Source of the DNA: Octopus vulgaris
Taxonomy: Eukaryota
DNA length: 64,000 nt
Assembly: GCA_951406725.2 (NCBI GenBank)
Contig: OX597832.1
Location: forward strand, 68,262,001 to 68,326,000
Direction: 5' to 3'
Below the pieces are notes generated by a model. It did not search any database and was not told where the DNA came from. It worked only from the letters and a program-made list of their open reading frames with translations. The translations under genes were made by a program, and so were the position numbers. The first letter of the stretch is position 1, and each line of letters opens with the position of its first letter. Of the stretch, positions 27,823-42,255 are shown one piece after another.

Positions 27823-29129
27823 CTTCTGTTTCCGTCTACCAAATCCACTCACATGGGCTTAGTCGGTGCAAGCCTATTGTAGAAGACACTTGCCAAAGGT
27901 GACACGCGCCACGCCGAGGGATCGAAAACACCCGAAACCCCGTGGTTGAGAAGCAAATTTCTCACCACACAGTCACGCCTAATCGTTTTAGTTTAAAATT
28001 CAGCTGATATGGAAAATATTCGAGGTTTTATGTTTGTTTTTCTGTTGGTATCAACTATTTTTGAGTGTGTGTGTTTTAATAGTTAAATGCACACACACAC
28101 ACACACACGGTATTCTCGTGTAAGACTAATAATGACTCATCTATATTCTGCTTGTCACGACCAACACGGTGTGTTTTGTATATTTTCCCATTATAGCAGC
28201 TATCACCATTGTATTTATTCATTTATTTCTCACAAAATCAGTCCACTGATTGGTTGTTCATCTAAAGAAGAGAAGCAATGAATTAAGGAATAAAAAGTGA
28301 AAAAATAGTTTTGCTTCAAGAACACCAAACGTTATTTTGTACAAAATTGTTGCATAAGATGCGCGATTTTTCATTGGCCTTCCGTTGGGTCTCTCTGCTT
28401 TTCTATCTAATTTCGAATGAAAATTATAAGTTGTATGTACTACATAATGAAGGCTCCGTTTTACTGATGATTCACAAATATGCAGAAACAGACAGTTATA
28501 GATATGCATCTACAAGAAACATTAAACACTGAATTATTTTAAGTCTATTTATATTAGTAAGCTGCTATGAGTTATTTGAAAATAATATATTTTTTCTCTT
28601 TTTTTCTCTTGCTTTTGTCCCTTTCACGCAAATAGATGGTTATCCAATCGGTAAAAGACTTTTCATCTTAATTTCAATTGTGTATTCTCGAGTGAAGTTA
28701 CACACAATGCTGACACTGGGTAGAATTGGAGGTTACGCAAAAAATACTGCCATGTCTATTGTCCGGGTGAACCTCCAATTCTATCATAATCTGACATCTT
28801 TTTCGCCTTTCTTCCTTAACCAGACAGAAATGCCGAAGATTTTAATGGAAAAAAGATAATGAGATATTGTAAACACTCAAGGTTTTTTCTCTCTTTTTGA
28901 TAAAAGTGAACTGGCATCAACTAAGAATCAAATCCAGGTCATAGACTTTCGTTGTTCAAGAAAGAATAAATAATAACTTTTTTTTTAGCTTACGACTGCT
29001 TTCAATTTCAATTCAACTCGTACGTAAATAATTGGCAATTGTTATGACAATGAACTCTGACCGCAGAGTGTACTAATGTCATTTCGGTTGTCTGAGTTAA
29101 TTATATCTTCATTCAACTTTCGAACGTCC

Positions 29130-29218
<89 letters not shown>

Positions 29219-29690
29219 ATATATATATCGACACTTCAACATCACTCGTCGCTGCTGTTGTTTTCTTTTGGTTCTTAATTAGCCCCAAGTCACTCTTTAT
29301 AGAACACACTTATGATCAAATATCTTTCATCCAGATCTGTCCCTTCTGACTTTTCAGATATATAATACAAGAAAACTACATTGTGCAGGGTATCGTTTGT
29401 TTTTAACCGAGTAGGGCGTCGAGGTTTCAAAGAGATAATTTTCGGCTGCTGTTTCTTGCAATTTAATCGAGATTTTTTTCTCGTCAACTAATTCAATATC
29501 GTTTGTATGTTGGTAAATCAAGACATTTTGGATATAGATTTGTCATAGTAACAGAACACACGTCTTTTAAAAATGATGTTTTCATTTAGAAGCTATCAAT
29601 GGCCAAAATAACAGCACATGAATTACAGTAGGAAATTTGTTTGTGCATATGAAATAAAGAAGTTTTGCATTGTTATTGTTGTTGTTGTAA

Positions 29691-29721
<31 letters not shown>

Positions 29722-30734
29722 TTTATTAATTGATTAATTAATTAATTAAGACGGCGAGCTAGCAGAATCGTTAGCACGCCGGGTGAAATACTTCACTTGT
29801 CGCTCCGTTCTGGTTTCAAATTTCATCGACTTTGTCGTTCATCCTTTCAAGGGTCGATAAATTATGTACCAGTGAAACACTGTCTGTTGGTTCGCATACG
29901 TTAACGTCAAATTTTGTTACGTTTCTCTAGTAAATTTCCATTTACATTGCAGCTATACTTTCTTCCATAACATTGTTTGCCTTCAAGCACACAAACACAC
30001 ACACACACACAAAGAAACATTAAGAAAATACTAAAATTATTGGCTTCTAAAATAAAATAGATCAGATTCAAATAAAGAGGTCCGTGGGGCGGGCGTGCAT
30101 GCTGCATGTGTGTGTATGTGAGTACGATGTATGCATATGCGTGTGTGTGTATAATATGTGTAAACAAAAAGGAAGTCTAGTCATTACTTAGAGTAGAATT
30201 TATTCCTATGTGTCCATCTGCAGGAAAAAGTTGCCGGCAGATTTCGCATGCTGTGAAACACCTGAAAATGTTTAGAGCATAAAACGCAATTGGAAAAAAA
30301 ATCCTTAGGAAACGTATGCGAACGGGATTATGTAGATGTGAAAGTGAGTAGTGATCGGATGTAGACAATAGTTTACTATCATCACAGCCTCGTAATATTT
30401 TATCTTTGCACTTTTGTATTTAAAAGGATTCCCAGTTTGACTTACCCCTCCTTGCCGTTAATAGGAAGCCGGTTTAGCTGTGACATTTCATACACACATT
30501 CACTTTTTCTCTCCCATCGTCTGTTTCTCTCTTGCGAGAGATTTAGCGTATTGTCATAGCCTCGACAGGTAATTTACTATTTTATGAGTACGTACGGTTC
30601 CAAGGTCAAGTGCTGTCCACATTCTGCAGGTAAAGTTTTTGACTATACAGACAAAGTCATGTATCAGAAAATTTTCTAAATTCAATATCTAAACGGCTTT
30701 GTAAAATACCAGAATATATATATATATATATATA

Positions 30735-31034
30735 TCACGTGATCACGAGACCGACCAGTCCATCAGATGTAGTTACACATCGCTGGTCACAATGCGTTCG
30801 CATTGTTTTAGCCTTCGAATGACGCCACCCCGCTGGCTAAGCGAGCAGGCCAACAGAAGAAAAAGTGGGAGAAAGAGTGGTGAAAGAGTACAGCAGGGAT
30901 CACCACCCCCTGCCGGAGCCTCGTGGAGCTTTTAGGTGTCTTCGCTCAATAAACACTCACAACGCCCGGTCTGGGAATCGAAACCGCGATCCTACGACCG
31001 CGAGTCCACTGCCCTAACCACTGGGCCATTGTGC

Positions 31035-31038
<4 letters not shown>
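30735..31038 (-). mobile_element. SINE family B, full length
   Basis: Reverse complement of 7849-8151; flanked by (TA)n and (CA)n. Confidence 0.9.
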
Positions 31039-31130
<92 letters not shown>

Positions 31131-31168
31131 ATATATATATATATATATATGTGTGAATAAATTATATA

Positions 31169-31268
31169 TTATAAAGGTGAATAAATTGCGTGCCACAGAA
31201 ATGCGTGTATATATATATATATATATATACACGCATTTCTGTGGCATGCAATTTATTCACCTTTATAA
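31169..31268. repeat. ~39-bp inverted repeat centred on (TA)n
   Basis: ttataaaggtgaataaattgcgtgccacagaaatgcgtg-(TA)n-cacgcatttctgtggcatgcaatttattcacctttataa, with one mismatch. Confidence 0.95.
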
Positions 31269-32570
31269 ATCACGAAAATTTGCTAATATATTCTTAAACA
31301 CATTTATGTAAACTTTTCGTTGACTAATGTTAATAAAGAGCTGCAAGGCATGCATAAACCGAATGTTAGTTCAACAAACTCTATTTGCAAAACAACATAA
31401 CAAAGTTTGATTGTTAATTAAAAAAAAAAGATTTAGTAAGAAATTATAATTTGTTTTATAAAATAAATGAACTCAAATACTGTAGACATAAAATTTGTCT
31501 TTCAGCTATTCAGTGTAAGCTTCTGATTTCTCCTTCCACATATAATAACAGAAATTAAGTGTATCGTTCATTGTTTTCATTTTCACTTCATACTACTTTT
31601 AATTACTTCAGTTCTATAAATTTCCATCACTCGAAATGAATTAATAATCTCAAGAATATATATATATTTACTCAACTCGTAATCATCCCTAGTTCATTTG
31701 AACTGTTCAGCGATCGCATTAAACCTCCACTACAAAGCCTATCTTCCATTTAATATCATTCCGATTTCAATAAACTTGACATATTCCGAAAGAAATATCA
31801 ATCTCTAGACTCACCAAGACTAGCCTTCATTACGACAACTCTTTTCACCGAAATCATTTAGGATTTCAATTAATTTGCTTCTCATTTCCATTAACATTAA
31901 GTGTTCAATTAATTTCATTCATTTTCATTCAATACAGCTTTATTGCGCAAGAAATTTCAACTCCAATATTTTAATAAACTCAGAATAATTCATTAACAAA
32001 TATTAACCATTAAATTTTAATCAACCCACTATTATTTTTAAAGAAATATTAATCATTAAACTTTATTTAATTAAGAAATATTAGGGATAATACCATAACT
32101 GACACACTATAATTTCCTGTAGGAATGTCAACCATTATACTTTAATCATCACCGCATTTTCTCTAGAAATTTTGGTTTCAAATTTTGGTACAAGGCTAGC
32201 AATTTCGGGGGAGGTGTTAAGTCGATTACTGACCGCGAAATGATGGAAGGTAAAGTCAACGTCGGCGGAATTAGAATTCAGAACTTGAAGATGGACAAAA
32301 TGCCGCAAAGCACTTTGCCCGGCGTGCTAACGATTCTGTCAGCTCATCGCCCTTTTTTTCTCACCCCTAGAAATATGAACCATTATTCCTCTCTAATTAA
32401 TACAACATCATTCCTTAACAAATAATAGCCCTTATATTTTGTTTTGAAACTTTAATATTCACAAGGAAACAAAATCATAAACGTTTTTCTTAGTGATCTC
32501 CATCACTAAGCCCCGGAACTAACACGTGATCACGTTCGCTTAGGTAATGGCTTTTTTGATTTGTTAGAAA

Positions 32571-33100
32571 TCTATATATATAAAACTGTAGTTGTGTGAG
32601 TGTCTGTCCACTTCGATTTAGATTCCTAACTACTCCCACATTTTGCGGTGCAGTTTAACCAAATTCGGGTATCTTATAGTCGTGATTCATATCAAGCCCG
32701 TCTGAGTATTAGCGCGCGTCTACGATGAGTCTACGATTTTAAAAATAAGTTAACATCATTTTTTATTCCATTTTAATGCATATTTTTTCGTGTGTCGATG
32801 GCGGCGGAGTTGGCGTCCATGCTCACATCTGCACCTGTATTGCTTCTCCCCCTTCTTCCCTCCCTCGTGAAGCTGTGGGGAAGGGAGTGTAAGGAAATCA
32901 ACGTCGTAAAGCGTTGTCAAGGAGACCAGCGTTCTTTTAGAACAATGACTTCATGGCTTGAAGACACTGAGTCAACGATTTAAAAAAAAATTACCATCAT
33001 TTTTATTCCATTTTTAATGCATTTTTTGCTATAACTCTCTAAAAATGCTTATATAGTTATTTCCCTTACAAACCCGAGCAACGCCGGGTGATACTGCTAG
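32571..33100 (+). mobile_element. Short non-autonomous Helitron
   Basis: A|TCTATATATATAAAA start; hairpin acccg-agcaacgc-cgggt about 10 nt before CTAG|T; no TSD. Confidence 0.85.
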
Positions 33101-33419
33101 TATATGATAAAACAAGTCACACTTTTTCAAATCAACTTCTTCAGTACAGCGTTCAGCTTTTATTCTCTCTTTGTTTCCTTCTTAAACATTTTCCTTCTGT
33201 CATTCGATCAAACTTTTTCTCTCTTTTTCTCCTCGCTATTTACTTTTTCTTTTTCTGTATTACTTTGCAGTATTAATACGACACTGAGGAAATAGACTCA
33301 AAGATATGTGACGTGCTAAGAAAACTATGGAACGAGTCTAAGACGCTGATTCTTAGTAGAATAGGTATGTTCAGCATTCCAATTATATTTAGACCTTTCT
33401 CGAACTGTGGTTCCTTAAT

Positions 33420-34400
33420 CCTATCGTAGTCGGTTGTCCTTTGTAGGTTGACATTGACCGTTGAGTTCAGAAATCGTCTCCGTTACGGTCACATGTGGGC
33501 TACAAAGTGTGCCCCTGATCTGCAGCAGCGATGACATCTGCTACAGGTAAAGCTTCTTGATGCCTATCACGAGCTCTTTGACTTCCTCTATGTTATTTCT
33601 CTTCAATGGTAAGAATTACGAGCATCAATGATCGGTGTCATTCATCGACCGCAGGGCTTTCTCTACCCAGGTGTGCGGAAAGAAGTTCCTCAGCATGTCC
33701 GTGTATTACAACCTCTGGCCACCACGGCTCCTCCTCTCCTGACAAAATTCAGATAGGAAACAGATTTTGGGAGCCTGCCGCCCTCCATCCTGCAAATATG
33801 TACCTCCCAGTGGAACTACGTGGAGGTGATGACGATCTACACACTAACTATGTCATCGCTGCACTGGACCTCTACATCAAGGAAGCAATCCCGCAAGACG
33901 GAGAGCAGATGATGAAGTTGAAATCGCACCAGAGCCTTGACGAGCCTGCAGTAGAAGATCATGAATTCTATGACGTAGATGAGGAAAGGGAACACCGTAA
34001 CACAGTACATCTTTATCTTCATGTTTCAGGCAATGTCATGGCAGCTCAAAAGACGCTTCTCCAGAGGTCCAGAAGTCCTTATGGCAAACTATATTCGCCT
34101 CTCAACTTCGAGATCAGAGGAGTTAGTACAATCATTGCATCCTCAACAGTTCGTTGCGGATATTTTGTCCACCATTTCTAAGTACGTCTGAAAGTATACT
34201 ATCCTGGCCTGGTGTTTTGCAGCTTGCGGTGGCTTTCAAAGCTTTTTCCATTCTTATGGTATTCTCATGGCAGAGGTAATCTCGGCTCTTGTGCTGCGAT
34301 GCTTACTGCAGTCGGGATAGGACTACTGTTGTGCTGATAATGTCTATTAAGGCTGCAGCACAAACCGATATCGATCCTCTCATCGCCAGGGTAAAAGAAG
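33420..34400 (-). pseudogene. Decayed, internally deleted RTE-clade LINE
   Basis: Minus-strand translations MEKALKATASCKTPGQDSILSDVLRNGG (pre-RT) and KMYCVTVFPFLIYVIEF...VKALVRFQ (post-RT). Confidence 0.6.
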
Positions 34401-34557
34401 ACTGCTAAATGGCACCAATATACACACACGCATACACATATATGAGGAATGGAAAAATTACATAGGTTTAGACGATCATTAACCCAAATCCAAGTTGGTA
34501 CAAATCCAATGTAAACACAAGATGTTTCGGAGTCTAATTAATTCCAAAGACACCTAC

Positions 34558-34590
<33 letters not shown>

Positions 34591-36026
34591 TGTATGTATG
34601 TATGTATAAATATTTATGCAAACATCACATAGACAGATGCATGGGTATATAAAGAGAGATGAATAGACAGATATTAAATGTATGTATGTATCTATATATA
34701 ATGAGTATACTTCAGCACGTGCGGCTGCCCTCCACTGCATGTGTGTGTGTGTGACCCCCCCCCCCCACCGTACATGCACACTGGCAAGCACGCACATACG
34801 CACACAAACTCGCTCAAGCATGCACATACGCACGCATGCACACGCGAATCCGCTCATATACACACGCGCGCACATACGCACGCATGCACACGCGCATCCG
34901 CACATACGCACGCATGCACACGCGCATCCGCACATACACACACACAAGCATCGACACTTGAATACCGCGCGCACAATCGCACACGCATCCACACAGAGAC
35001 AAGAGGTCAGTGAATAAGACTGCAGATGTAATGTATTGTGTATGAATGGGCGGGAAAATGTAGAAAATGGCGGAGAAAATATTTGGGATGTTCTGTCTGA
35101 ATAGTTTATTTAATGTTCGTGGTGGTGATGGTGATGATAGTGTTTGATTAAAACATTCTCTTACCAGACCTATATAAACAAATAACTTTAGAAGTTTCTT
35201 ATTTCCTTTTAATGTCTGAGGAGTGAGGGAGGATGTGAAGCGCAAGATAAATGTTGTTAGTAATTCGAGTCAAACATATCAGACCACATGCTCTTCGTTT
35301 GAAACCTGTTCATCGGCTCTTCGACCTTGTACGAAATGAAAACAAATCGATCTGTTATGATTCATATTTTGTTAGAAAACTAATACATGGCCGGAATCGT
35401 TTGGAATCTTTTATTTTCGTTTTAAGAAAACAATTTCTAAGTTTATGTCAATAGAGAAGAGGCGAAGTATGTCATGCGTGGAGTGAAGAAACTGGACCAA
35501 GACAACAGTTGACATGTGAAGGAAAGAATTTGGTATAACAATAACAACAGAAAATACAAAGAAATCTACTTCCAGAATGGAATGTTTTTAACATGAAATT
35601 GCATTGTAAAAATGATTTTGTGGGAAACAAAATGAAAATAGATTAATACATAAAAAAGTGGAAAAGAAAAAGAAAAGAATATGTGAGAGATATATGCTGA
35701 AAGTGATTGCGGTTTTGTTAGAAATGAAAACAGCACCATAAATAAGCACACACACACACACACACACATTTATATGAAAGTGTCAACAATATTGGTGAAA
35801 TTATTTCGAATCCGTAAACAAATCCAGGGTTACACATTCCTCATGTATTCTACCCTTAATTTTTTGAACTGTTGTATGTTATGTATAATTCCGTTCTTCC
35901 ATTTATTGTATATCGGGTATACTTACAGTTTTCTTATCATTTTATTATATGTAAACCCCCACACTTTATGTCTATCATTGTATTGTCCCCCTCATCCTTC
36001 GCCTTGGTGGTAAATCTTCTTCTTCT

Positions 36027-36064
<38 letters not shown>

Positions 36065-36089
36065 TTATTATTATTATTATTATTATTAA

Positions 36090-36307
36090 GGCGACGAGCT
36101 GGCAGAATCTTTAGCACGCCGGGCGAAGTGCTTAGCAGTATCTCGTCTGCCGCTTCGTTTTGAGTTCAAATTCCCCGAGGTCTACTTTGCATTTCATCCT
36201 TTCGAGGTCGATAAAATAAGTACCAGCTGGACACTGGGGTCGATATAATCGACTTAACCTCTCCCCCAAAATTTCTGCCCTTGTGGAAAAATTAGAAATT
36301 ATTATTA

Positions 36308-36338
<31 letters not shown>

Positions 36339-36522
36339 TATTATTATTATTGTCGTTATTATTATTATTACGCTACGTTCTGAGTTCAACTTCCGCCGAG
36401 GTCGACTTTGCTTTTCATCCTTTCGGGGTCGATAAATTAAGTACCAGTGAAACACTGAGGTCGATGTAATCGACTACTTCCCTCCCCCACAAATATGAGG
36501 CCATATGCCTCCAGTAGAAAAG

Positions 36523-36567
<45 letters not shown>

Positions 36568-37020
36568 TTTATTAAAGGCGGCAAGCTGGCAGAATCGTTA
36601 GTGCACCGGGCAAAATTCCGGTATTTCGTCCGTCTCCACGTTCTGAGTTCAAATTCCGCCGATGATGACTTTGCCTTCCATCCCTCTGGGGGTCGATGAA
36701 ATAAGTACAAGTCATATACTGGGGTTGGTGTGATCAACTAACCCCGCCCCCAAAATTTCACGCCTTGAGCGTTTAGTAGAAAGAACTATCATCATCATTG
36801 ACATGGGTGTGGCAGAAAATAGTCGAGCGTCAGGGTAAAGGTCGAATGCCAATTTTGAAAGGCGGTGAGCTGGCAGAAGCGTTCCGAGTTCAAATTCCAC
36901 CGAGGTCGATTTTGCCTTTTATCCTTTTGGGGTAGATATATTAAGTACCAGTGAAACACTGATGTAATCGACAACACCCTTCCCCGCAAATTTAAAAGCA
37001 TTGTGTCTTCAGTAGAATGG

Positions 37021-37052
<32 letters not shown>

Positions 37053-37085
37053 CATCATTATTATTATTATTATCATTATTATTTT
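36090..37085 (+). mobile_element. Chain of four SINE family A copies separated by (ATT)n
   Basis: Copies start at about 36090, 36371 (5'-truncated), 36577 and 36860, all in the same orientation, each ending in an (ATT)/(ATC)n tail. Confidence 0.9.
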
Positions 37086-38169
37086 TATCGAACAATTATT
37101 ATTGAAGCCTAGAGGCATAACACCCTTCGTCAAAAGTATCTATCATCAAAGGCATTCTAACCGTGACCGTCTGGTTTTTGGGGATTTTTCTTTTTCAGAT
37201 AGAATTAGCTGGTCGATTCTGCGACATCTTCTAATGTTATTCACAGTGGCCTTCAAATTGTTTACTTTCTTCTAGGGCGGTAGAGTGATTTTAAATAAAA
37301 TTTGGTTGCTATTTCTAGCATGTAAATTCTCAAATTCCCATTCGTCACCTCGTCATTTTCTTCTTTCTTCGCAACAATGTATTAATTACATAACAGGTGA
37401 ATTTCTGAGAGTTGAGGTTTCATTATTTTTTTTACTATATTTTTGTAAATATATTTTTTTCTTTAATTTATACTTAGCGATATTTCACTGCAATACAGAG
37501 TGAAGTAATCTTTCTATTGTTAAGCAGACAAACATGATTAGTTTCTTCTTCTTCTTCTTCTTTAGGTGGGAACAACTTGTTACAGAAATCTATTTGAATT
37601 TTCTCAGAACATAATCAAAGATTTCTATCGTGTTTACTTCATGGTTAGCAAGTTGGCGAAACAATCTTTTTATCAACTAAAACGTCACATCAATTTTTTT
37701 TTCTAAAGAGAAAACATTTATTTATCAGATTATTTTCAAATATCTGCATGTGTGTGTGTATGTGTGTGTGTGTATGTATGTATGTGTGTGTGTGTGTGTG
37801 TATGTGTGTGTGTGCGCGCGCGCGTGTTTTGTGTGTATATACGGATTTAAGTGAGAATACATGTATGAAAATGTATGTCAATACGTTTCAATGTATGCAT
37901 GTATTTATGTAAGATGGTATGTAAACGTATGTATTTTTCTCTCTAAATCTAGCCTTTACAATTCAATAAGAGAAGTTTTTTAAGTTTTACACACACGCAC
38001 ACACACACACACACATATATATATATTCACAATAAAGTATATGTATATATCTATAAAAACAAGTATATATATATATGTGTATGTATAAATATATATATAT
38101 ATATATAAACGCATGTATACGTATCCATAAAAATACATGCACACACACATACATACATACATACATACA

Positions 38170-38220
<51 letters not shown>

Positions 38221-39343
38221 TAAATTGATCTCTTTATGAAGTGTTTTGCAAGACATTTGCCTATGGTACAAAAAAACACGACAAGAAAAGACTAAAACAC
38301 ATTTCTCTGTTCTTTTTATGCGCTACATGATTTCTCAGTCGAAGACGACGGGTAAAGTTAGAAGTCTGATGACAATCTTATAAATAACTTCTTTCAGATG
38401 TCAACGTTTTTGGAAATTATAGTTGAAACAAGAAAAAAAGGAGAAAACTAATAATAAAAGTATGCGAAAACAGTTTTGAGACTATGAGAAAGAAATATAT
38501 GATGAATATTGTTTAGTTAATGTTAACGTTAATATATTCAATGCTTTTTGTTTAGAAGTGAGGAAAAGAAAAGCAAAAACATACAGTGAGGTGAAAAATC
38601 AAAAGCAAGCTTTAATGAGTATTAATCACTCTTTGTTTTGCTCTTTCGGTAAATATGGGGAATAAACCTTGACGTGTTTCGGTATTATTAGAACTCTTCA
38701 ATGTAGAAGGCGTTTCAATGTTAGAGAGTATGTAAAACAATAAGTAGGTGAATATACCATAAACTACGTATATAGTGGTCAATTATCTCACCACTGTTAT
38801 GGTAGAAAAATAGAGATAAATGTTCAAACATTAAATTAATTTTAGATGACAACTGTATTAAAAGAAGATTACGTCAGAGACCGTTGAAACAGACGAGAAT
38901 CATCGTGGTCAAAGCTTTTTCAACGATGTTCTGAGTTTGGATGAAGCAGGAGTTTACAAATATTTCACTAACTACCTTCAACCCCAACCATTTTATGTAA
39001 ATGAATTTTCCACCAGACACCGGGAATATGAAAAGTCTATCACGCGCGCGCGTATGTGTGTGTGCACGTGTGTGTTAGCATGTATCTACGTATTTACGTA
39101 CGTATGTGTGTAGCCTCTATCGTAATATATTTTCGTCTTTCACGAAGCGCCGCCCATTGCTTGGAAATTTCTAATTTTAGATTATTTCACTTAATTTCTA
39201 CCTTACTCACCACTCCCATTCAAGTTCAATGCAGCTCCACCCGCACCTCACAACTTCCTTATATCACAGCCAAAATAGGCGCATGATTGTTAAGACTTTA
39301 CTAAGTTATATCATATAAATACACACACATACGCATATATATT

Positions 39344-39416
<73 letters not shown>

Positions 39417-40221
39417 GGACGGACGGACGGGTGGATGGATGGGTATTGCTACAATTTAAAACATGTTCTTTCCCCCACCCCTTCCCGAGGAAGTGTCAAT
39501 TCTAAACGTTCAGATTCCTCTTCCGATCAAAATATATGAAAATCTCCAAACTCATGAAAAAATAAAATTAGTGTTAAACGTAAAAACATTCTGCGTTGTA
39601 TATTTAATATCACAGGAAATACATGGAAAGAAGAAACAAAAAGCAGATAATGTAAGGACAATTATATCTACTTTCTTTTCATATTCTACTGGAATTGTCT
39701 CGTAAAACGTTTTTACAGAAATCTTCTTACATCATTTTGTCACCATGACCCTGTTATACCATACTATATTATTCTTCTGACATATTACACCATGTTCTTC
39801 CTATAAGATATCCTTAATAAATTTATTGCCAGTTCGATTGAACATGGGCAAAAATGGTAGTCAAATTTCCTTCAAAATTACAAATTATTGCCCTCCACCA
39901 AAAAGACAATAAATAAATACATGCATTTTAAATGTAAAAGAGTGTTCCAAGTGCGCAGTATCACTCCATCCATCCATCCATGCATGCATGCATGCATGCA
40001 TGCATGCATGCATGCATGCATACATACATACATACATACATACATACATACATACATACATACATACATACATACATACATACATACATACATACATACA
40101 TACATACATACATACATACATACATTCATTCATTCATTCATTCATTCATTCATACATACATACATACATACATACATACATACATACATACATACATACA
40201 TACATACATACGTTATGTGTA

Positions 40222-40760
40222 GTCCTTCGTCGCGACTATGACTGCTCATGACCTTGGCATGACTTGATAAGCTTTCTCAATTCTGGTCGGTTTTTCGATT
40301 CAGTTTGCCATTTATTAAGCTCAATTCTTTTCCACTTCATATTCCTTTTTGTAATATCTTTGAATCTCAGTCTAGGTCTTCCATGGTTTCATTTTCCCTT
40401 GCATAGTTAGGAGTAAGGCAGTTGTCTGTGGAGGCTCTTGTTGTCCATCTTGCGTACATTGCCCAACCAACGTAAATTTCTATCCAAGAGGATTTCACAT
40501 CACAGGCGGTAGGCCAGCCCGCCGTAGTATCTCGTCATTCCTTATCTTGTCAAAGAGAATAATACTCCACATACGCCAGAGCTGTCTCATCATGTATTCA
40601 TCTAACTTCTCTACTTGAGCTTTATACACTGTCCTGTTTCTAGCTCCATTCAGCAGGGAATAAAGCAATTTAGCCTGGTATACCTTACATTTGATACGTA
40701 TAGAAACATGTCTATTTTCCCACAGCTCTTCCCGCAACCTGCCAAATGAGGCGATAGCTC
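40222..40760 (-). pseudogene. RTE-clade LINE 3' fragment
   Basis: Translation LWENRHVSIRIKCKVYQA...DKIRNDEILRRAGLP; the 3' end abuts (TACA)n. Confidence 0.8.
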
Positions 40761-41719
40761 AGCATTTACATATACATGTACATACATACATCACATACAT
40801 AAATACACATACACATGTATATATATTTACATCATCTGTGCGTTAAAAGGGCAATCAATGGTTTCATATATATGTGTATGTGTGTGTATATGTGTGTGTG
40901 TATGTGTGTTTGTGTGTGTATATGTTAGTTTACCAATTAAAAGCAGCACGAGTAATGTAAACAGTATCGGTTGCACATAATTTGAGCATGTGCATTGCTT
41001 ATAAATCAAATTTACTGCGGGATAGCATCCTGAGAAAGCATCTTACATAACACTGGGTATTACAGAAGACCAAATGTCCCAGACTAGGTGAGAGAATCTG
41101 CCTCGGATAGGAGAGATTGATAGCTATCGCTATTTCGCCATTATTGAGGTTTGTTAATACTCACGTACTCGGATCATTACAAAACAAATTGAATCTCTGG
41201 CCTGGAATTTACATGCAAATAAAGTGAAATCATTTTGCTTGTCATCCAAAGTGAATTGTCTCGCTTGGTCAGTGGCATTCTGTGATTTTTAAAACACAGC
41301 GTCCTGGAAATTTTCCCATAACGCTATCCCGTAGCAAACGCGCATTTAGAGAAAACACGTACAACATTCAGTATATGCGAACGATAATGCTTACACTACT
41401 AGTGCTGCTGCCTTTAATTTATAATTTAATTTTCCTTCAGATGTGCTACGGCCCGAGCACATCAGTAAATAATGGCGAAATATCGGTATCTACCATAATC
41501 GGTCATCCGAGGTGCGTTGTCGCGTCTGGTCCGGGACATTCGAGTGTTCTTTACACTCGGCGTCGTGTAGGGAGCTTTCCCAGGACGATCCGGCAGCAAA
41601 GAGGTGCTTAAGAAATTGCAGGAATCTCATCTATCATCATACATACATAAATTAAACAAAATGAGAGAATAAAGCCAAGGCATTGTGAAATTTCTCGGGC
41701 ATTTATAAAGAGAAAGGTA

Positions 41720-41767
41720 GTCTTACAGCTGTTTCAGAGATATGAGAGATATCCCTTCATCAGATGG
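41720..41767 (-). ncRNA. Minimal type I hammerhead ribozyme-like motif
   Basis: CTGATGA-agggatat-ctctc-atatctct-GAAA-cagctg-TA-agac; palindromic stem III ACAGCTGT; stem I degenerate. Confidence 0.7.
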
Positions 41768-42208
41768 GAGAGTTAAGCAGAAAGAAATAGTAGAGTTCAA
41801 TATAACAAGTTATTTTGGAAAGGGAGAGATATAGGAAGAATAAATGGAAATAAGAGAATAAATGTTAGAAGTTACAGTTGCAGTTCCATTATGCAAGAAA
41901 GTGTTGCGTAGAATGGGTAGAAAGGTTTGTTGTCCATGGTATGTAGATTCCGACAGGAGTTCATATTTTGCTATTACAAATACTCTACACCCTATCCACT
42001 TCTAATAACAAAATATGAACTCCTATCGAAATCTACATACCATGGACAACAAGCCTTTCTACCCGTTCTACACAACACTTTCCTCGGATAATGGAACTGC
42101 AACTGTAACTTCCAACATTTTTATTCTCTTATTTCCCTTTAAACTTCCTATATCTTCCCCTTTCCAAATTGAACTCTACTATTTCCCTCTATTTAATTCT
42201 CTAATATC

Positions 42209-42255
42209 GTGTCGGATGAAGGATATCCCTAATATCCTAGAAACAGCTTTAAGAC
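42209..42255 (+). ncRNA. Degenerate hammerhead motif (partner of 41720-41767)
   Basis: CGGATGA-aggatat..atatcct-a-GAAA-cagctt-TA-agac; core and stem III are mutated. Confidence 0.55.

Noticed and set aside
33606-34181. 191-aa plus-strand ORF
   Set aside because: It is antisense to a decayed RTE fragment and has no recognisable domain.
24799-35171. Chain of minus-strand small exons (about 24799-24850, 24885-24901, near 30446-30490 and 35165-35169)
   Set aside because: Splice-like sites exist, but the joined products give no recognisable protein and chance matches are expected.
36090-37085. CRISPR-like repeat/spacer array
   Set aside because: The units are ~200-bp SINEs with microsatellite tails in eukaryotic DNA.
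38665-38705. Minus-strand TTGAAGA...GAAACACGTC motif
   Set aside because: Core C is missing and stems I and II do not pair; at best a heavily decayed remnant.
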